A stretch of DNA of 64,000 nt from an uncultured Pelagibacteraceae bacterium (GTDB lineage: Bacteria; Pseudomonadota; Alphaproteobacteria; Pelagibacterales; AG-422-B15), in the NCBI GenBank assembly GCA_902544525.1, contig CACCCN010000004.1:1083-65082 (forward strand). The letters are read 5' to 3'. The notes below the pieces were generated by a model. It saw nothing but the letters and a program-made list of their open reading frames with translations, had not been told where the DNA came from and made no database searches. The translations under genes and the position numbers were made by a program. Shown in pieces: positions 48,146-58,796 of this stretch; positions within the stretch are counted from its first letter, which is position 1, and the number at the start of each line of letters is the position of its first letter.

Positions 48146-48830
48146 ATACTTTCCCAGATTCAGTGATATCTTCATCGACATAATATACAATTTTTCTAGC
48201 AACTAAATCTAGCTCATACATATTTTTTTTGTTTTCACCTGGAGATGTTATGTCTATAAAATTAGACTCTATTAAAGGAGGTTCAAATAAATTTATTTTT
48301 AAATTACTTGTTTTATTTTCATTTGCATAAGTTTTTATGAGATTATTTAGTGCTAACATAGTTGAGTTATAACTGCCCCAATACTGATTGCCTAAGGTTG
48401 AAATATTTTTAGAAATTATAAGTATTCTTGCATTAGATGATGATAAAAAAAGAGGATGGAATGAACGTAAAATTCTAAAATTTGCTATTAAATTTAAATT
48501 TATTATTTCCTCAAAATCTAATGGTTTTATTGAAGTGAGTGGGGATAAATGTTTAATAGTTCCTGCGCAAGAAATAAGTACATCAATTTTTTTATGTCTT
48601 TTGTATATACTTTGGCCCAACTCATCAATTAGCTTAAAATTAGTTAGATCAATTGGAACTATAGTAGTCTCGCAACTTTCTGTCTCAACAAAATCAGCTG
48701 TTTTTTCTAATTCTTTAATATTTCTGCCAATTAAATATATATGCTTTGAAGATTTGGCTAGTTCAATTGCAACACTTCTACCTATATTTGCTGAAGCTCC
48801 TGTAACAACAGATATTCTGTCTTTTTTCAT
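48111..48830 (-). CDS. Short-chain dehydrogenase/reductase family protein, atypical active site
   Basis: TGASANIG cofactor motif. The expected YxxxK reads YNSTM. The 3' end overlaps the convergent der gene by 35 nt. Confidence 0.7.
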   Translation of the reverse strand: MKKDRISVVTGASANIGRSVAIELAKSSKHIYLIGRNIKELEKTADFVETESCETTIVPIDLTNFKLIDELGQSIYKRHKKIDVLISCAGTIKHLSPLTSIKPLDFEEIINLNLIANFRILRSFHPLFLSSSNARILIISKNISTLGNQYWGSYNSTMLALNNLIKTYANENKTSNLKINLFEPPLIESNFIDITSPGENKKNMYELDLVARKIVYYVDEDITESGKVFNFSSDMDFSS

Positions 48831-49354
48831 TATATTGATTCAATCTTATCTTGGACTTGTTGTGGTACAATTTTTAAAATTGTATTACCACTTTCTATAA
48901 TTTTAAATAAAACCGAATTTCCATTATATGAATTCAAAATATTTGCTGAAACACTCCAATTAATTAAAACAGAGAAAATTATTACTATTAGTATATAGCC
49001 TCGAATAATTCCAAATACTAATCCAAATAATCTATTAATAGGTCCAGCTTTATCAGCATTTAATAAGCCTAATATAAGTCTATTAAGTATAGTTAAAATT
49101 ACATAGCCAACAATTAATACTGAAATAAATATTAAAATATCAGTTAGTGTTGGAGAAAGATCGAGGGCATCGGCAAATGGCACTCTTAAATAATTGAATG
49201 AATATTTCAAAACAAGTAATAGCAGTATCCACTTTATTAAGTTTAATAAGCTTGTCATTAATCCACCTTTGAGGGAAAATAATGCAGAAAAAATGATTAT
49301 GATTAATGAAAAAATATCAAAAACATTTAAAAAATCTATAAATTCAATATTCAT
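48830..49354 (-). CDS. cvpA: CvpA family membrane protein
   Basis: 174 aa with 4 TM helices. N-terminal pattern is typical of CvpA. Confidence 0.6.
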   Translation of the reverse strand: MNIEFIDFLNVFDIFSLIIIIFSALFSLKGGLMTSLLNLIKWILLLLVLKYSFNYLRVPFADALDLSPTLTDILIFISVLIVGYVILTILNRLILGLLNADKAGPINRLFGLVFGIIRGYILIVIIFSVLINWSVSANILNSYNGNSVLFKIIESGNTILKIVPQQVQDKIESI

Positions 49355-51768
49355 TTTAAAACTCTAGTTTTTACTATTAAAATTGGCAAGAGTGTTAAGC
49401 TACCAACTAGAGCTATAAGCATGGCTAAAGCGGTAAAAATTCCAAAATAGATAGTTGGCCAAAAATTTGAAAATATTAATATAGAAAAACCCACTATGAT
49501 TGTCATAGAAGTACTTCTGATAGCTTTTCCAACTGATTGATTGCACACCAAAACTGTTTTATTGAAGTCATTGGTAATTAAATATGACTCCTTAAATCTG
49601 TATACATAATGAATGCAATTATCTACCGCAATACCTATTGTAATAGCAGCAATTGTAATTGTCATAAGGTCTAGTGGTATACTGGCTAAACCCATCACTC
49701 CTAATATTGTTATACAGGCAATAATATTTGGAAGTATTCCAATGAAAGCTAATTTCCAAGACTGAAATAAAATTGCTAACATTAAAAAGATACCAAGCAT
49801 TACAGTTCCTAAAGACACTATTTGAGAATCAAACAAGCTTTGTAACATATTGTTATAAAGTATAAGTATACCAGTTGTAAAAATTTTATAGTTTTCAGAG
49901 CTAAAATCAGTATTAAATTTGTTATTTATTTCACTTATAAATTTATTTCTCTCAAGATTTGCGTTAGTGTCAATCATTCTAACTGTTATACGGGCTTGAT
50001 TATTTTCAATCGAAAGGTAAGGGTCAATAATTTGGGATTTCAGTTCTAATGGGAGTTTTTTATAAATCACTGAAAGTTCTAGATTATCAAATTCTTCATC
50101 AGAATTTAATTCTTCTGCAACTCGAATAATAGAGGCAAGCGATAAAACCTTTCCGGTATATTCAAAGCTGTCTATATAATCATGAACATTTTTTATCAAA
50201 TCCATCTTTTCTTTTGTGAACCAATAATCTTCATGATTATAATCAAAGTCCAAATCTAGAAAATCTTCATCTAAGTCATCGACATATTTTTCTTCATTAA
50301 ACTGGATTATGATGTCTAGAGGAGTTGTTCCACCAAGCTTATCATCTATTAATTTCATACCTTTATAAATTTCTGTATTACTCTTAAAGTAATTAACAAA
50401 ACTGTTTTCAACTTTTAATTTTTGAATTCCATAAACACCTAATGAAAATAGAATAATAAATCCAATTATTACCAGATTTGAATAATTATTAATTAATCTA
50501 ATAATAAAAGTATCATATGATCTTTGGCTCTCATTAGATTGAACTTTCAAGTTAAATTTCATCATCATAATAGGTAGAAAAGTGAAGCTTGAAACCAATG
50601 TTACTATTAATCCAGTGCACATCATAAGACCAAAATCCATTATTGGCTTGATATTACTTAAATATAGTGTTCCAAAAGCAAAAATAGTTGTAAGCGTTGT
50701 AAAAATACACGGCCTAATCATCTCCATCATATTTTGTGCAACCGCAAAATGCTTAGCTTTTAAAGGATTAGAAACTAAAACTTTTCTGTAACGTACTATT
50801 ATATGAATTGTCATCGACAAGGTCAGAATAAGCATTAATGAAATAAAATTTGAGGATATTACAGTTACTTTCCAATTTAAAAATGATACTGTCCCAAGCA
50901 TAATAATTAGTGCATATAAACAATTGCTTAGACATATAAATATCCATAAAAAGTTTCTAAAAACTAAATAAAGAATTAAAACAATAAATAATAAGATTCC
51001 AAAACCAAAAATTATAATATCATTTTTAACATATGAAATAGTGTCATCGGCTATCATTGAAACTCCACCAAGATGTAATTTAAAATCCTGACTATTATAA
51101 TTTAATATTAAATCTTTTATTTCTTTGATATTGTTACTTCTATCTTGGTCTATTTCTTTTTTTAAAAGTTCGTATTCCTTTTCAATCAAGCTTAATTTCT
51201 TTTTTTGACTCTTGGTCAAATTATTTACTGATTTTAAATCATTCCTATTTTTAGAAATGTCGACAAAATCGGTATTTTCTTTAAAATTAATTATAATGCC
51301 AGATGTGGTACCGTCTTTACTTATGATAAGTTCGCTAAATATTGGACTTTCAATAAATTCTTTTTCAACATTTAAAAGATTTAAATTCTTTGATTCAAGA
51401 GTAATTTGAGTATTAGCTAGATCTGTAAGTGATTGATTACCTGACTTTAAAATAGGAGCGTCAAGTATTGACTGAATACTATCAACAAACATTAATTTAG
51501 ATACATCGTTAGTTAAATTTTTTATAAGATCTATATTTTTCCTAGACAAGATCTTATTAGGACTTGTAATAGTTATTAATAAAAAATCTTTTGTAGAGTA
51601 ATCATTTATAATCTTTCTATAGTTTTTAAGATCCTTGTCGTTATCTAAAATTAAAGTATCTGAAGACGCATCAAGTTGAAAATTCTGAGATTGAAATACT
51701 GCAATAAAAAAAAGTAAGCCAAGAACAAGAATAGATATATTTGAGTACTTTTTAAGAAAGTGTTCCAT
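49351..51768 (-). CDS. RND-superfamily exporter of the MMPL/HpnN-like (SSD-containing) type
   Basis: 805 aa with two blocks of about 6 TM helices, each preceded by a large soluble loop. No adjacent membrane fusion protein. Confidence 0.65.
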   Translation of the reverse strand: MEHFLKKYSNISILVLGLLFFIAVFQSQNFQLDASSDTLILDNDKDLKNYRKIINDYSTKDFLLITITSPNKILSRKNIDLIKNLTNDVSKLMFVDSIQSILDAPILKSGNQSLTDLANTQITLESKNLNLLNVEKEFIESPIFSELIISKDGTTSGIIINFKENTDFVDISKNRNDLKSVNNLTKSQKKKLSLIEKEYELLKKEIDQDRSNNIKEIKDLILNYNSQDFKLHLGGVSMIADDTISYVKNDIIIFGFGILLFIVLILYLVFRNFLWIFICLSNCLYALIIMLGTVSFLNWKVTVISSNFISLMLILTLSMTIHIIVRYRKVLVSNPLKAKHFAVAQNMMEMIRPCIFTTLTTIFAFGTLYLSNIKPIMDFGLMMCTGLIVTLVSSFTFLPIMMMKFNLKVQSNESQRSYDTFIIRLINNYSNLVIIGFIILFSLGVYGIQKLKVENSFVNYFKSNTEIYKGMKLIDDKLGGTTPLDIIIQFNEEKYVDDLDEDFLDLDFDYNHEDYWFTKEKMDLIKNVHDYIDSFEYTGKVLSLASIIRVAEELNSDEEFDNLELSVIYKKLPLELKSQIIDPYLSIENNQARITVRMIDTNANLERNKFISEINNKFNTDFSSENYKIFTTGILILYNNMLQSLFDSQIVSLGTVMLGIFLMLAILFQSWKLAFIGILPNIIACITILGVMGLASIPLDLMTITIAAITIGIAVDNCIHYVYRFKESYLITNDFNKTVLVCNQSVGKAIRSTSMTIIVGFSILIFSNFWPTIYFGIFTALAMLIALVGSLTLLPILIVKTRVLK

Positions 51769-51776
51769 TTAGAAGA

Positions 51777-52883
51777 TTAAATATATTTTCTTTTATATCG
51801 ATTGCCTAGTGAAGTAAGAATCTCATAAGGAATTGTGTTGATTCTAGCTGATAAAATATTGATATTATTATATTTATTGATTACATCCACATACATCAAC
51901 TTATTGTATTTCTTTTCAGCGTAAATAGGGGTTAGATCAATAGTCATTAAGTCCATTGAAACTCTACCTAAAACCTTAAGCGGTTTCTTGCCATAATAAA
52001 CTTTCATATTGTTACTAAATTTTCGACTAAAACCATCGGCATAACCTACTGCGATTGTACCAATGTACATATTTTTTTTTGCTTTAAATGTAGCACCATA
52101 ACCAACAGTATCATTTTTTTTTATACTTCTTATTTGAATTACTTTTGCTTTTAAGTTAACTACTTGATGAAAACTAATTTTGCTATTTAAAAATGGACTC
52201 CCACCATACAATGCTATACCAGGTCTTACTAAATCAAAATGATACTTTTCATTTATAAATATACCTGCTGAATTTGCTAAACTTGCTTTTGAATTAGGAA
52301 AGCATTTTCGTATTATTCTAAACTTATTTAGTTGTTTAGTGTTCATCGGGTGTTTTATTTGATCACCACATACAAGATGTGACATAACTAAATCTATTTT
52401 TAAAGACTTATATTTAATTTTATTGGTGATAAATTGATTTGTTTCATTCTCATCTAGACCAAGTCGTGACATACCAGTATCAAAATGAATAGCTATTCCT
52501 CGATTAAATTTTTTTTTCTTATTTAATTTATTAATTAAATTGAGTTGATCTATTGAATTAGCTATAGGGGTAACTTTAAACTTAGTGAATTCACGATAGT
52601 TTTTCTCATCTATTCCGTGGTAGCAATAAATTATAATTTTTTTTGAAATTTTCCTTAGTTCTACTGACTCAGACAAATGTGCAGCGAAGAATGTTTTGCA
52701 ACCATCATCAATAAGATGTTTTACTACTTTAATTGCACCTATGCCATAAGCATCTGCTTTTACGGTAGCACCACATTCAGTAGTAGTTTTAAGGTTTTTT
52801 TTTATAAATTTATAATTTTTTGATAATGCTTTTAAATTGATCTCTAAAATAGCATTATGGTCTTTAGGGTAATAACTTTGCAT
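51777..52883 (-). CDS. alr: Alanine racemase
   Basis: PLP-lysine motif VKADAYGIG and C-terminal beta-domain. 368 aa. Confidence 0.9.
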   Translation of the reverse strand: MQSYYPKDHNAILEINLKALSKNYKFIKKNLKTTTECGATVKADAYGIGAIKVVKHLIDDGCKTFFAAHLSESVELRKISKKIIIYCYHGIDEKNYREFTKFKVTPIANSIDQLNLINKLNKKKKFNRGIAIHFDTGMSRLGLDENETNQFITNKIKYKSLKIDLVMSHLVCGDQIKHPMNTKQLNKFRIIRKCFPNSKASLANSAGIFINEKYHFDLVRPGIALYGGSPFLNSKISFHQVVNLKAKVIQIRSIKKNDTVGYGATFKAKKNMYIGTIAVGYADGFSRKFSNNMKVYYGKKPLKVLGRVSMDLMTIDLTPIYAEKKYNKLMYVDVINKYNNINILSARINTIPYEILTSLGNRYKRKYI

Positions 52884-52900
52884 TTGAAATCTGATCTAAT

Positions 52901-54361
52901 TTAATCATAATCTTTGGCATATTCATTGCTAATAAAGTTACCAAACCTTGTGAACTTGCTTTCAAAGCTTAATCTAATATTACCAGTAGGACCATGTCTT
53001 TGTTTTCCAATAAGTAATTCAGCTTGACCGTGAATTTCGCTCATTTTTTGCTGCCAGTCAATATATTCAGTCGTCCCTGGAGCAGGTGCGGTCCTTTCTA
53101 CATAATACTCTTCTCTAAATATAAACATGACGACATCAGAGTCTTGCTCAATTGAGCCAGATTCTCTTAAGTCTGATAACTGTGGCCGTTTATCTTCACG
53201 TTGCTCAACCTGACGTGACAATTGAGATAGTGCCAGAATAGGGATATTCAGCTCTTTAGCAAGCGCTTTGAGTCCTTGAGTTATTTCTGAGACCTCTAAT
53301 ACTCTTGATTCACCTCTAGAATTCTTTGGAGGTCTTAGCAACTGAAGATAGTCAACAATTATAACACCTAAACCATGCTTCCTCTTAAGTCTTCTTGCTC
53401 TTGATGCGAGTGTTGCAATATTAATTGCTGGAGTGTCATCAATAAATAATGGCAGTTCAATTATTTTTTGAGAAGTTGATACAAGTGTATCTAAGTCACT
53501 CTCTGACAAATTTCCTTTTCTCATTTCATTTGAGCTTATTTTTGATTGTTCAGATAAAACGCGTGTAGCTAATTGTTCTGCTGACATCTCTAATGAAAAG
53601 AAAGCAACGTTTGAGTTTTTATCATTATCATCATAAGCTTTTTTTGCTATATTGAATGCAATATTAGTAGCTAAGGATGTTTTGCCCATAGACGGTCTTC
53701 CAGCTAGTATGAGCAAGTCTGACGGATGTAGTCCACCTAATTTTTGATCTAAATCGATAAACCCAGTTGATATACCTGTTACACTTGAGTCATTTTCATA
53801 GGCTTTCGTTACTTGTTCCATGGCCTCATCAAGAGAGTTGCTAAAGTTTTGCATTGCATGCAGTTGACTACCTTTTTCTGATATTTGATAAAGATCTTTT
53901 TCTGCTGATTCTATTAGTTCGCTTGGATTAATATCTATACTGCTTTCGAGTGCATCATGTTCAATTTTTCCTCCTAGAATATATAAATTTCTCCTGACAG
54001 CTAAGTCGTATATTATTTGAGCATAATTTTTTGCATATTCTAAGGAAACTGCTGCGCTTGCTAATCTTACTAGATACTCGGAACCACCAATTTCTTCTAG
54101 AGATTTTTCAACTTCAAAATAACTTTTTAATGTAACAGGGGTTGCAAGTTGTCCTTTTGCAATCAATTTATTTATGACCTCATATATTCTTTTATGAATT
54201 TCTTCATAGAAATGATTAGCATCAATTATTGAATTAACTTCATCTGCAATATCATTATTTAAAAGTATGGCACCAATAAGACCTTGTTCAGCCTCAGCGT
54301 TATGAGGCAATTCTTTGATATCTTTTTGTATACTTGGATTTAATTGTATAGTTGATGACAT
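52901..54361 (-). CDS. dnaB: Replicative DNA helicase
   Basis: N-terminal PHNAEAEQGLIGAILL, Walker A GRPSMGKTS, and SLEMS and SQLSR blocks. Confidence 0.97.
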   Translation of the reverse strand: MSSTIQLNPSIQKDIKELPHNAEAEQGLIGAILLNNDIADEVNSIIDANHFYEEIHKRIYEVINKLIAKGQLATPVTLKSYFEVEKSLEEIGGSEYLVRLASAAVSLEYAKNYAQIIYDLAVRRNLYILGGKIEHDALESSIDINPSELIESAEKDLYQISEKGSQLHAMQNFSNSLDEAMEQVTKAYENDSSVTGISTGFIDLDQKLGGLHPSDLLILAGRPSMGKTSLATNIAFNIAKKAYDDNDKNSNVAFFSLEMSAEQLATRVLSEQSKISSNEMRKGNLSESDLDTLVSTSQKIIELPLFIDDTPAINIATLASRARRLKRKHGLGVIIVDYLQLLRPPKNSRGESRVLEVSEITQGLKALAKELNIPILALSQLSRQVEQREDKRPQLSDLRESGSIEQDSDVVMFIFREEYYVERTAPAPGTTEYIDWQQKMSEIHGQAELLIGKQRHGPTGNIRLSFESKFTRFGNFISNEYAKDYD

Positions 54362-54507
54362 ATTTCTAACATAAACAATCTGAAATTTTATTGTAAGAAA
54401 TAATAAAAAAAGATACTCACACTTTTAATGTAGTTGTTGATCTTTTGAAATAATACTTAATATAGTTTCTACTTTGATACTCAATTTGTTGATTTAAAGG
54501 CCGTAAG

Positions 54508-54948
54508 CTATTTCTTTTCAATAGACACTTTTATTATACTTGAAATATCCTCATATATTTTGATGGCAATTTCAAACTCTCCAAGCGCTTTGATTTCTCC
54601 AGTAATTATGTTTTCGTTAAGTATACTATGGCCTTCTACCTTCAGAAGATCCGATATTTGTTTTTGAGTTATAGTACCATAAAGACCACCTTCATCATTG
54701 GCTTCAACTCTCATTGTGAGTGATATTTTATCTAGTTCTAATTTGAGGGCATTTGCCTCTTCAATTTTTTGTTTATTTCGCTCTGATATAACATCGAGTT
54801 TGCTCTGTAATTCTAACTTATTATTTTTGTTAGCAACAATTGCTAGTTTTCTAGGTATTAAATAGTTGTTTGCATAGCCATCTTTGACAGCAACGATTTC
54901 TCCAGCTTTACCAACTCTATCAATTGACTCTAATAAAATTATTTGCAT
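54508..54948 (-). CDS. rplI: 50S ribosomal protein L9
   Basis: MQIILLESIDRVGKAGEIVAVKDGYANNYLIP N-terminus. Confidence 0.95.
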   Translation of the reverse strand: MQIILLESIDRVGKAGEIVAVKDGYANNYLIPRKLAIVANKNNKLELQSKLDVISERNKQKIEEANALKLELDKISLTMRVEANDEGGLYGTITQKQISDLLKVEGHSILNENIITGEIKALGEFEIAIKIYEDISSIIKVSIEKK

Positions 54949-54957
54949 TTAGGGCCT

Positions 54958-55158
54958 TTACTTTCCTACGTATGGTAATAGAGCAAGGTATCGAGCTCTT
55001 TTAATTGCTACTGTAAGCTCTCTTTGTTTTTGAATTGGTATATATGTAATTCTTCTAGGAGTAATTTTACCTTTTTCTGATATATACTTTTTTAATGGAT
55101 AAAGATTTTTATAATCAAACTTGGTATTTTTTTTTACTGGAACATCTTGTTTTTCCAT
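54958..55158 (-). CDS. rpsR: 30S ribosomal protein S18
   Basis: GKITPRRIT...[13 protein letters not shown] block. Confidence 0.92.
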   Translation of the reverse strand: MEKQDVPVKKNTKFDYKNLYPLKKYISEKGKITPRRITYIPIQKQRELTVAIKRARYLALLPYVGK

Positions 55159-55485
55159 TTATTCAGGTTCCTTTGATAATTGGGTGGGGGTTACATCAAA
55201 CTCTTTAACTTTAATGGAGAGATGCCTTATTACATTTTGATTTAAATTTAATTTTGCTTCTATTTTCTTGTTAGCATCGCCTGGCATGCTGATATTCATA
55301 AATTGATAAAAAGCCTTTTTATTATCTTTAATAATATAGGCTAAGTTCCTGAGCCCCCAGCTTTCTTCATATACAACCTCACCACCAAGTTCTTTAATAA
55401 GCTCTTTATGAATGCTAATTTCATTCTCTAATTGAGACGTACTCAAATCTTGCTTAAAAATAAGAACGTGTTCATATAAGGACAT
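55159..55485 (-). CDS. rpsF: 30S ribosomal protein S6
   Basis: MSLYEHVLIF start and WGLRNLAYIIKDNKKAFY block. Abuts rpsR with no gap. Confidence 0.92.
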   Translation of the reverse strand: MSLYEHVLIFKQDLSTSQLENEISIHKELIKELGGEVVYEESWGLRNLAYIIKDNKKAFYQFMNISMPGDANKKIEAKLNLNQNVIRHLSIKVKEFDVTPTQLSKEPE

Positions 55486-55580
55486 ATTTATTTGGTACTT
55501 TTATTGTTAATTAAATGTTAAAAAAAGAATAAATATTCTATTATGTATTTATTAGCAAGAATTACTTTTTAAATGTTTTT

Positions 55581-56519
55581 ATGACTATTGCGCTACTTTT
55601 TCCAGGTCAAGGATCCCAATTTGTTGGTATGGGGAGAGATTTCTATGATAAATATGATCAAGCTAAAAATGTATATAATCAGCTAGATATGGCTTTAAAT
55701 AGGCCTTTGACAGACTTAATATTTAATGGAACAGATGAACAAATTGCTTTAACAACAAATTCACAACCAGCAATAATGGCTACAAGCATTGCAATACTTC
55801 GATGCTTACAGCGTGAAAAATTAATTAATCTTTCAAGTGTAAGCTATACAGCCGGTCATTCGCTTGGAGAATACTCATCACTTGTTGCTACTGAGTCACT
55901 AGATTTTAAGGATGCTGTAAAAATATTAAAAGTAAGATCAGAAGCTATGCAAGAAAGTATGCCAATAGGTACTGGCGGTATGGCTGCGATTATAGGCTCT
56001 TCATTGAGTCAAATAAGCAAGCTACTGCCAGAATTAAATGAAATTGGAAAAATCTATGTAGCAAATGACAATGCAGACGGACAGATTGTGTTAAGTGGAG
56101 AAATTAGTGCTGTAGATCATATTTGTTCTAACAGTAAAACTTTTGGAATAAAAAGAGCAATTAAATTACCAGTCAGCGCTCCATTTCATTGTGAGCTGAT
56201 AAATAGCGCTAAATCAAAAATAAGAGCTGAGGTTCAGAATTATAACTTTAAAGACTTTAAATTTCCTTTAATATCTAATGTTGAGGCAAGACCTTGCAAA
56301 CCAAGTGATATTGGAGAGCTTTTGGTTAATCAAGTTGTAAGCAGAGTTAGGTGGAGAGAGTCAGTTGAATATATGATCAAAAAAAAGGTAAATACTTTCA
56401 TTGAAATTGGTCCTGGCAATGTTTTAAGCAATATAGCTAAAAGAATGGATAAATCTTTAACTACGATATCTATTTCAAATATAGGTGACTTTGCAAAACT
56501 CAAAGAATTATTACCATGA
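55581..56519 (+). CDS. fabD: Malonyl-CoA--ACP transacylase
   Basis: FPGQGSQFVGMG and active-site GHSLGEYS. Confidence 0.95.
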   Translation: MTIALLFPGQGSQFVGMGRDFYDKYDQAKNVYNQLDMALNRPLTDLIFNGTDEQIALTTNSQPAIMATSIAILRCLQREKLINLSSVSYTAGHSLGEYSSLVATESLDFKDAVKILKVRSEAMQESMPIGTGGMAAIIGSSLSQISKLLPELNEIGKIYVANDNADGQIVLSGEISAVDHICSNSKTFGIKRAIKLPVSAPFHCELINSAKSKIRAEVQNYNFKDFKFPLISNVEARPCKPSDIGELLVNQVVSRVRWRESVEYMIKKKVNTFIEIGPGNVLSNIAKRMDKSLTTISISNIGDFAKLKELLP

Positions 56520-57238
56520 ATCATATTAAAACAGTTCTTATAACAGGAGCCACAGGTGGTTTAGGTCGTTCTATTGCTAATGATTTTTATGAAAAAGAAT
56601 TTCATCTAATATTAACTGGAACAAATGATTTTAAACTTGATGAGTTACGATCGAAATTTGATAGAAATACAAAAGTAATCAAATGCAACTTAGCAAAAAT
56701 ATCAGAAATAAATGATCTATCCGATAAGATCAAACCAAGTTCAGTAGATATATTAATTAACAATGCGGGTATAACTAAAGATAATTTATTCCTTAGAATG
56801 AAGGATCAAGATTGGGATGAAGTTTTAAATGTTAATTTAAAAGCAAATTATAATCTCTGCAAAATGGTAATAAAAGAAATGGTTAAAAAAAGATGGGGAA
56901 GAATTATTAATATATCCTCTGCAGTAGCAAAAATGGGAAATCCCGGTCAAACAAATTATGGGGCCTCTAAGGCTGCAATTGAAGGTTTCACTAGATCCTT
57001 AGCATTAGAAATTGCATCTCGAGGCATCACAGTAAATGCTATAGCACCAGGTTTCATTAAAACAGAAATATTAGATTCTATTGATCCAAGTAAATTAGAG
57101 GAAATGGCCAAGAATATTCCTATTGGAAGGATTGGTGAGCCCCAGGATATTGCTAAGTTAGTATCGTTTCTTGCATCGGACGAATCATCCTATATTACGG
57201 GTCAAGTATTGCATGTTAATGGTGGCTTGACATTGTGA
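56516..57238 (+). CDS. fabG: 3-oxoacyl-ACP reductase
   Basis: TGATGGLG, NNAGIT and YGASKAAIEG motifs. 4-nt overlap with fabD. Confidence 0.95.
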   Translation: MNHIKTVLITGATGGLGRSIANDFYEKEFHLILTGTNDFKLDELRSKFDRNTKVIKCNLAKISEINDLSDKIKPSSVDILINNAGITKDNLFLRMKDQDWDEVLNVNLKANYNLCKMVIKEMVKKRWGRIINISSAVAKMGNPGQTNYGASKAAIEGFTRSLALEIASRGITVNAIAPGFIKTEILDSIDPSKLEEMAKNIPIGRIGEPQDIAKLVSFLASDESSYITGQVLHVNGGLTL

Positions 57239-57281
57239 TTAATATAAGGATAAAGGCATTATAAAATAACCAGGAGTATTT

Positions 57282-57512
57282 ATGAGTGAAGTAGCTGAAA
57301 AAGTTAAATCTATTATTGCAGAGCATCTAGGAATTGATGATATTGAAAAGATCACAAATGATGCAAAATTTATTGATGATTTAGGGGCTGATAGTCTTGA
57401 TACTGTAGAATTAGTAATGGCTTTCGAAGAGGCTTTCGATGTAGAAATACCTGATGAAAAAGCTGAAAAAATATTAACTGTGGGTGATGCTATAAGTCAC
57501 CTCGAAAGTTAA
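57282..57512 (+). CDS. acpP: Acyl carrier protein
   Basis: [18 protein letters not shown] phosphopantetheine-attachment motif. Confidence 0.97.
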   Translation: MSEVAEKVKSIIAEHLGIDDIEKITNDAKFIDDLGADSLDTVELVMAFEEAFDVEIPDEKAEKILTVGDAISHLES

Positions 57513-57532
57513 ATTTAATTTTAACTTAGCAT

Positions 57533-58796
57533 ATGAAAAGAGTAGTTGTCACTGGGCTAGGCTTAGTGACACCACTTGGATGTGGTGTTGAACATAATTG
57601 GAGTAATTTAACCTCAGGCCTATCAGGCGGAGTAAAAATTTCAAAATTCGATCCTGAAAATTTTAAGTGTAAAGTTGCGTGCCAAGTTCCACTAGGATCT
57701 TCAAGTGATGGCAAATTTAACCCTGAAGAATGGATTGAAAAAAAAAGAAATAAAAAAAATTGATGAATTTATACAATTTTCAATGGCTGCTTCGGAGCAA
57801 GCTTTTAGAGACTCAAAAATTGAAATTACAAATGATCTATCTCCCAGAGCAGGTTGCATAATAGGTTCCGGAATCGGTGGTCTTCCAGGTATAGAAAAAA
57901 CATCAATAGATTTTCATAATAATAATTCAAAAATTAGCCCTTTTTTTATTACGGGTAGACTAATAAATATGGCGTCTGGCTATGCCTCTATAAAGTATAA
58001 TCTAAAAGGCCCAAATTATTCAACTGTATCAGCATGCTCGTCTGGAGCACATGCAATTGGCGAGTCATTAAGGTTAATTCAGTCGGGAAAAATGGATGTA
58101 ATGATGACTGGTGGATCAGAGGCGGCTATTTCACCTATAGGTATTGCAGGCTTCGCTGCTTGCAGAGCACTAAGTACTAAATATAATGAAAATCCATCGA
58201 TAGCATCAAGGCCTTTTGACGAAGGGCGGGACGGTTTTGTTATGGGGGAAGGTTCAGGAATATTAATTCTTGAAGAGTATGAGCATGCTGTTAATCGTAA
58301 AGCCAAGATATACTGTGAAATTACTGGCTATGGTATGTCTGCTGATGCTTATCATTATACACTTCCAGAACCAACTGGAGATGGAGCAAAAAGAGCTATG
58401 AAAGATGCTCTAATGGACGCAAATATTTCTGCAGATAACGTAGACTATATTAACGCTCATGGAACTTCAACACCAGCAGGTGATCAAGTTGAAATAAATG
58501 CAGTTCAAGATGTCTTTGTAAATAAAAAAATTAATCTATCGTCTACTAAGTCTCAAACGGGACATCTGCTTGGTGCTGCTGGCGCAGTTGAGGCTATATA
58601 TTCAATACTTACGCTTAAAAATCAAATTATGCCCGCTAGTATTAACATTGATATTCCAATAGAACATGAAAACATCGAAATAGTATCAAAAAAAACTAAA
58701 ACAACTAATATAAGTTGCGTGCTTTCAAACTCTTTTGGCTTTGGCGGAACAAATGTATCTCTAATTTTTAAAAAGTTAAATGACGGGCAATTTTAA
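57533..58796 (+). pseudogene. fabF: 3-oxoacyl-ACP synthase II interrupted by a +1 frameshift in an A9 run
   Basis: The N-terminal 76-aa ORF (MKRVVVTGLGLVTPLG) and the 363-aa ORF (active-site region VSACSSGAH, plus HGTSTP and GHLLGAAG) are the two halves of one FabF. Removing one A from the run at 57738-57746 restores ...EEWIEKKEIKKIDEFIQF... and a 420-aa protein. Confidence 0.9.

Noticed and set aside
48388-48900. 170-aa plus-strand ORF.
   Set aside because: It is antisense to the SDR gene and the cvpA 3' end. The SDR frame carries the recognisable cofactor motif.
57533-57763. Treating the 76-aa and 363-aa ORFs as two separate genes, for example a small KAS-like peptide plus a truncated FabF.
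   Set aside because: Together they align colinearly to one FabF, and the junction falls exactly in an A9 run. A single-base frameshift is the simplest reading.
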